A DNA stretch of 32,044 bases. Origin: Thermoflexales bacterium. GTDB taxonomy: Bacteria; Chloroflexota; Anaerolineae; B4-G1; DUEL01. Positions 27,388-32,044 of this stretch are shown piece after piece. Below the pieces are notes generated by a model. That model ran no database searches. It saw only the letters and a list, made by a program, of their open reading frames with translations, and was not told the origin of the DNA. Position 1 is the first letter of the stretch, and the number at the start of each line of letters is the position of its first letter. The stretch lies in NCBI GenBank assembly GCA_037445395.1, contig JBBIKR010000023.1, positions 1 to 32,044 on the forward strand. The letters run 5' to 3'. Position numbers and translations under genes: made by a program.

Positions 27388-27447
27388 TCACGCTTCACGC
27401 TTCACGCTTCACGCTTCACGTTTCACTTTTCACGTTTCACGCTTCAC
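27388..27447 (+). repeat. heptamer tandem array (TCACGYT) x8.6
   Basis: Unit is the reverse complement of the array at 22833-22878. Confidence 0.92.
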
Positions 27448-27470
27448 ATCCTGCGTCCTGGAGGTCGCTC

Positions 27471-28529
27471 ATGAAACCGTCTGAGAACTTCGCCCGAATC
27501 CGTGTGGTCGGGGTTGGCGGCGGCGGGAGCAACGCCGTCAACCGGATGATAGAGACGGGCATCGCCGGGGTGGACTTCATCGCCGTCAACACCGACGCCC
27601 AGGCGCTCATGCTCTCCAACGCGCCCACCCGCGTGCGCATCGGCGACAAACTGACGCGCGGGCTGGGCGTCGGCGGCAACCCGGAACTGGGCCGCAAGGC
27701 CGCCGAGGAGTCCATGGACGAACTCTATCAGGTCCTGGACGGCTCCGACATGGTCTTCATCACTGCCGGGATGGGCGGCGGGACGGGGACCGGAGCGTCG
27801 CCGGTCGTCGCCAGAATCGCCCGCGAGATGAACGCCCTGACCATCGGTATCGTCACCCGCCCGTTCTTCTTTGAAGGGAAGAAGCGGGCCGAACTGGCGG
27901 CGGCGGGCATTGAGGCCCTGAAGGAGCAGGTGGACACCCTCATCGTCATTCCCAATGACCGCCTGCTGGAGATTGTGGAGAAACGAGTCTCCCTGCAGGA
28001 CGCCTTCCGCCTGGCCGATGATGTGCTCCGGCAGGGCATCCAGGCCATCTCCGAGGTCATCACCGTCCCGGGCCTCATCAACCTGGACTTCAACGACGTC
28101 CGGGCCGTGATGTCCGAGGGCGGCGCGGCGCTGATGGCGGTGGGCCAGGGCAGCGGCGAGAACCGGGCCCAGGAAGCGGCCCAGCAGGCCATTTCCAACC
28201 GTCTGCTGGACATCACCATAGACGGCGCCCAGCGCATCCTCTTCAACATCACCGGCGGCGCGGACCTCTCCCTGCACGAGGTCTACGAGGCGGCGACGCT
28301 CATCCGGGAGACGGCGCATCCCGATGTGGACCTGCGGTTCGGCGCGGTGATTGACGAGGAGATGGGCGACCAGGTGCGCATCACCCTCATCGCCACCGGC
28401 TTTGACGCCGGACAGCGCCCGCAGAAGGCGGCCCGGACCCCCGCCCGGGAGACTCTGGAGCGCCCGGTGCCCGTCTTTGATAAGGACGACCTGGAGATTC
28501 CCGCCTTCCTGCGCCGCCGGACCGGGTGA
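27471..28529 (+). CDS. ftsZ: cell division protein FtsZ
   Basis: [36 protein letters not shown]; GGAGG RBS. Confidence 0.98.
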   Translation: MKPSENFARIRVVGVGGGGSNAVNRMIETGIAGVDFIAVNTDAQALMLSNAPTRVRIGDKLTRGLGVGGNPELGRKAAEESMDELYQVLDGSDMVFITAGMGGGTGTGASPVVARIAREMNALTIGIVTRPFFFEGKKRAELAAAGIEALKEQVDTLIVIPNDRLLEIVEKRVSLQDAFRLADDVLRQGIQAISEVITVPGLINLDFNDVRAVMSEGGAALMAVGQGSGENRAQEAAQQAISNRLLDITIDGAQRILFNITGGADLSLHEVYEAATLIRETAHPDVDLRFGAVIDEEMGDQVRITLIATGFDAGQRPQKAARTPARETLERPVPVFDKDDLEIPAFLRRRTG

Positions 28530-28596
28530 TCGGTTTCGCAAAAAGACACAAAGGCACCGTATCTTCGTGTCCTGGCCAGAGGTATCAGGAGGTACC

Positions 28597-29481
28597 ATGG
28601 CGGAGGGCGCTGGCCTGACCGCGCGCTCGTCCCTGAAAGAGGCCATTCCGGCCTTTCAGGAGTACATGCGCGCGCGGGATTTCAGCAACCATACCATTCG
28701 CTCCTTCACCTCGGACCTGCGCATCCTGGGCGAGTACATCGGCATGGAGACGGCGGTGGGCGACATCGGCACCCGTGACCTGAACCGATTCGTCCACTGG
28801 CTCACCGACGAGCGGGACGTCCCCTGTACGCCCAAGTCCCTCTCGCGGCGGATCACCACCCTCAAGGTTTTCTTCGGCTGGCTGGCGGAGACGGGCGTCC
28901 TGCCGGAGGACCCCGCTGCGCCGGTCATCCACCGGCCGGTGCTGACCGGGCCGCCCCGCGTGCTCACCGACGAGGAGGTCGCCCGCGTGCTGGAGGTGAC
29001 GGAGGCCCTGCGCCACGCCGACCCCCCCGACGCCCGACCGCATCTCCTGGTCACCCTGCTCCTGCATACCGGCATCAAAAAGGGCGAATGCATGAACATC
29101 GCGCTGGACCACATAGACCTCTCCGACCCGGCGCGACCAACGTTGTGGGTGCGGTACGCCAGCCCGCGCCGGAAGCACAAGGAACGACGGCTCCCCCTGC
29201 CGTCCGACTGGCCCGCCGTTCTGGCCGAATACCGCGCCCAGTACGACCCCCAGGACCGATTGTTTCCCTGCACTGCACGTAACCTGGAGTACGTGCTGGA
29301 CGACGTGGCCCAGCAGGCCGGGCTGACCGAAGGCCTCTCCTTTGAGACGTTGCGCTGGACGTGCGCGGTGCGCGATTACCGCGCGGGAATGACTTCGGAG
29401 CAGTTGCGGCAAAAACTGGGCCTCACCCGCATCTCCTGGCGGGAAGTGGAGCCGAAAATTGCCCGTCTGGCGGAGAAATGA
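28597..29481 (+). CDS. XerC/XerD-like tyrosine-recombinase homolog lacking catalytic residues
   Basis: SNHTIRSFTSDL, SLSRRITTLKVFFGWL, DP, PRVLTDEEV, LLLHTGIK.GE, KER, ETLRW, QKLGL; AGGAGG RBS. Confidence 0.88.
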   Translation: MAEGAGLTARSSLKEAIPAFQEYMRARDFSNHTIRSFTSDLRILGEYIGMETAVGDIGTRDLNRFVHWLTDERDVPCTPKSLSRRITTLKVFFGWLAETGVLPEDPAAPVIHRPVLTGPPRVLTDEEVARVLEVTEALRHADPPDARPHLLVTLLLHTGIKKGECMNIALDHIDLSDPARPTLWVRYASPRRKHKERRLPLPSDWPAVLAEYRAQYDPQDRLFPCTARNLEYVLDDVAQQAGLTEGLSFETLRWTCAVRDYRAGMTSEQLRQKLGLTRISWREVEPKIARLAEK

Positions 29482-30671
29482 CCACAGAAGACGGACGATC
29501 AGCAATCAGCGATCAGCGATCAGCGATCAGCGACATGCGATCAGCGATTAACGATATACGCCCCCCCCACCCTGTTCTGATTGACGGTTCCCGGCTCATC
29601 GCCGAGGCCTGTGTCCGGGCCGGGGCCGACGCCTACGTCGGCTACCCGATCACCCCGGCCAGCCTCATCTTCTTCTACGCCAGCCGCCGCTTCCCCATCG
29701 CGCTGCCGGCTCCGGACGAAATCACCGCCCTGCAGTGGATGGCCGGCCTCTCCGCCGCCGGACACCTCCCGGTCTCCGCCACCTCCTTCCCGGGGTTCGC
29801 CCTGATGGTGGAGTCCGTCAACATGGCCTACATGATGGAACTCCCCATGCTGGTGATTCTGGTCCAGCGGCTGGGACCGGCCACCGGTACGGCCACCGCC
29901 GGTGCCCAGGGCGACCTCCTGCTTCTGAACGGCCTGGTCTCCGGCGGCTACCCGCTCCCCGTCCTCTGCATCGCCGACCTGGAGGACTGCTGGCTCCTTC
30001 CCCCCGTCGCGCTGCAGACGGCGGTGGACCTGCGCACGCCGGTGGTGCTCCTGACCTCCAAAGAGATGGTGATGACCCAGGAGAGTTTTGACCTGGCACA
30101 CCTTCCGGAGATAGAACCGGTCCGCCGGACCTTCTACGAGGATTCCGGCCCATATTGCACCTACGACGCCGGTGACGGGCTGGTCCCGCCCTTCCTGCCG
30201 GTGGGCAATGGCCGGCACCAGATCCGGCTGAACGCCTCCACCCACGACCGTTGCGGCATCATCCAGCACACCAGCGACGAGGCCATGGCCAACACCCGCC
30301 GCCTGCAGGCCAAAGTGGAGGCCGGGACCCCCGTCCTGTACCAACTGGACGAGCAGGAGGGGGCGGAGACGCTGGTGGTCACGTACGACATCACCACGGG
30401 CGCGGCGCGCGAGGCGGTGATGATGCTTCGGGCGCAGGGTATCCCCGTCTCTCTGCTGGTCGCCCGGACGCTTCTGCCGCTACCCGCCGTCTACCTGGAA
30501 ACGATAGACCGCTACCCGCGCGTGGTGGTGGCCGAGGAGAACCACCAGGGCCAACTGGCGCATCTGCTCTTCGGACGGCGCATCCCGCCCCATGTCCGGC
30601 TGGTCACCGCCATTGGGCGGATGATCCGACCCGACGAAATTGTCGGGGCGACCCTTGCGGTTGCCTCCTGA
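29478..30671 (+). CDS. 2-oxoacid:ferredoxin oxidoreductase alpha subunit
   Basis: GYPITPAS, DEI, ATSFPGFALMVE, VQRLGPATG, VVVAEENHQGQL; ATGA overlap (alternative ATG at 29535). Confidence 0.88.
   Translation: MTTEDGRSAISDQRSAISDMRSAINDIRPPHPVLIDGSRLIAEACVRAGADAYVGYPITPASLIFFYASRRFPIALPAPDEITALQWMAGLSAAGHLPVSATSFPGFALMVESVNMAYMMELPMLVILVQRLGPATGTATAGAQGDLLLLNGLVSGGYPLPVLCIADLEDCWLLPPVALQTAVDLRTPVVLLTSKEMVMTQESFDLAHLPEIEPVRRTFYEDSGPYCTYDAGDGLVPPFLPVGNGRHQIRLNASTHDRCGIIQHTSDEAMANTRRLQAKVEAGTPVLYQLDEQEGAETLVVTYDITTGAAREAVMMLRAQGIPVSLLVARTLLPLPAVYLETIDRYPRVVVAEENHQGQLAHLLFGRRIPPHVRLVTAIGRMIRPDEIVGATLAVAS
29497..29559 (+). repeat. heptamer array (GATCAGC) x9, degenerate
   Basis: Seen directly; 63 bp, within the 5' end of the alpha-subunit ORF. 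Confidence 0.88.
30642..30667 (+). repeat. degenerate copy of the 26109 REP
   Basis: GTCGGGGCGACCCTTGCGGTTGCCTC, encoding VGATLAVAS. Confidence 0.75.
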
Positions 30672-30681
30672 CGGGGGTTCT

Positions 30682-31947
30682 ATGAACGGCTTCCTGACCC
30701 AACCCGAACTTCCGTACTGCAAAGGTTGCGGGCACCACCTCATCGTCCGCAACACCGTGAAGGCACTGGAGGCGCTGGGCGCGGCCCCGCTGGACGTGGT
30801 CCTGGTGACCGACATCGGCTGTCACGGCATCGTGGACGGCAACTTCGCCACCCACACCGTCCACGGTCTCCATGGACGCTCCGTCGCGCTGGCGGCGGGC
30901 ATCGCCATGGGCCTCCCGCCGCGGGAGGGGCCAGGCACGTCCCGCCCGTACGTCATCGTCTACATCGGCGACGGCGGCGCCACCATCGGCCTCCAGCACA
31001 TCCTGGAGGCCGCACGGATGAACGTGGACCTGACTGTCGTCGTCCACAACAACATGCTCTATGGGATGACGGGCGGGCAACCCAGCGGCCTGACCCCCAC
31101 CGGCTTCCGGACCGTCCTCACCCCCCAGGGGTATCCCCTCCCCCACCACGACCTGCCCCGCCTGGTGCTGGATGCCGGCGCGCCCTTCGCGGCCCGCGTG
31201 GTCGGCCTGGGCGACTTCTCCGACGTCCTCCGCCAGGCGCTGGAAGTGGAGGGCTTCGCACTGGTGGAGGTGCTGGAAATCTGCGTCAGTTACGGCGTGA
31301 AAATGAACCCCGACCTGCGGCTGAAGGAACTGGCCCAGCAGGCTGGATACGAGCCGGGTATCTGGACGGGCCGCTCCCGCCCGCCCTTCCGCCCGTCCCG
31401 CCGGGAGACCTCTTCCCTGCTGGATATGCCCGCCGTCTCCCGCCACTACACCTCCCCCCTGGAGGGGCGGACAACCCTCATTCTGGCGGGCTCGGCGGGC
31501 GAGGGCGTCCAGCAGGCGGCGGAACTGCTGGCACAGGCGGCGATGGCCGCGGGCCTCCACGCCACCAAAAAGGGCAGTTACCCGGTCACCGTGGGGGTGG
31601 GATTCTCCTCTGCGGAGGTCGTCCTTTCCCGCGCGCCGGTTCTCTACCACGGCGTCCCCCAGCCGGACGCGCTCATCGTCACCTCGGCAGACGGGCTGGC
31701 GAACCAGCGGGAGCGCATCCGCCGGATGACGGGCGGCGTCCTCTGGCTGGACGCATCGCTGCCGGTGCCGGAGACGGGAGCGGAGGTGCGGGTGGTGGAT
31801 TTTCGGGGACGGGCGGGCGCGCGCAACGCGGCCCTCTATGCCCTACTGACCTTCCTGCGGGAGACCGGGGTCATCCCCGCCGACGCCTTTCTGGAAACGG
31901 TGCGGGAGAGCCCCATTGGCAAGCACGTGGACCTGAGCGGGTGGTAA
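30682..31947 (+). CDS. 2-oxoacid:ferredoxin oxidoreductase beta subunit fused to a gamma-type domain
   Basis: YCKGCGH, DIGC, LHGR, GDGG..NN, YGMTGGQ, then LAGSAGEGVQ and SSAEV. Confidence 0.88.
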   Translation: MNGFLTQPELPYCKGCGHHLIVRNTVKALEALGAAPLDVVLVTDIGCHGIVDGNFATHTVHGLHGRSVALAAGIAMGLPPREGPGTSRPYVIVYIGDGGATIGLQHILEAARMNVDLTVVVHNNMLYGMTGGQPSGLTPTGFRTVLTPQGYPLPHHDLPRLVLDAGAPFAARVVGLGDFSDVLRQALEVEGFALVEVLEICVSYGVKMNPDLRLKELAQQAGYEPGIWTGRSRPPFRPSRRETSSLLDMPAVSRHYTSPLEGRTTLILAGSAGEGVQQAAELLAQAAMAAGLHATKKGSYPVTVGVGFSSAEVVLSRAPVLYHGVPQPDALIVTSADGLANQRERIRRMTGGVLWLDASLPVPETGAEVRVVDFRGRAGARNAALYALLTFLRETGVIPADAFLETVRESPIGKHVDLSGW

Positions 31948-31973
31948 CGTGCCGGGCACTTGCCCGGCACGTT
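31946..31973. repeat. 13-bp perfect inverted repeat at the operon end
   Basis: AACGTGCCGGGCA-CT-TGCCCGGCACGTT. Confidence 0.75.
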
Positions 31974-32044
31974 CATAAAACACGAGGGGGTTGGGGGGGG
32001 GGGGGGGGGGGGGTTGGGCGGGGGGGGGGGGGGGGGGGTGAGGC

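Noticed and set aside
22833-29559. Tandem arrays as CRISPR
   Set aside because: Units are 7-10 nt with no unique spacers, and there are no cas genes.
31986-32044. Poly-G tract as a G-quadruplex or phase-variable site
   Set aside because: It lies at the window or contig end and is typical of two-colour sequencing artefacts.

Overview
High-GC bacterial window; gene content and style suggest Chloroflexota/Anaerolineae (inference). In order it holds a minus-strand opp/dpp ABC operon (A-B-C-D-F), tRNA-Ser(CGA), a K+-independent H+-pyrophosphatase, and a surface glycoside-hydrolase-like protein with a PEP-CTERM-like tail. A long dcw cluster follows: mraZ rsmH ftsL ftsI murF mraY [78 aa] murD ftsW murG [CvpA-like] murC [47 aa] murB ddl ftsQ ftsA ftsZ, with murE absent. 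The same-strand run continues into a XerC/D-like protein lacking its catalytic residues and a 2-oxoacid:ferredoxin oxidoreductase pair (alpha, beta-gamma fusion). Most notable: (1) the apparently dead tyrosine recombinase after ftsZ; (2) a nested REP / IS4-like MITE / cruciform structure at the usual murE position; (3) repeats at most dcw gene junctions, including two complementary heptamer arrays bracketing murB-ftsA; (4) unannotated small proteins and a candidate structured RNA inside the cluster. All calls are by eye; no searches were run.
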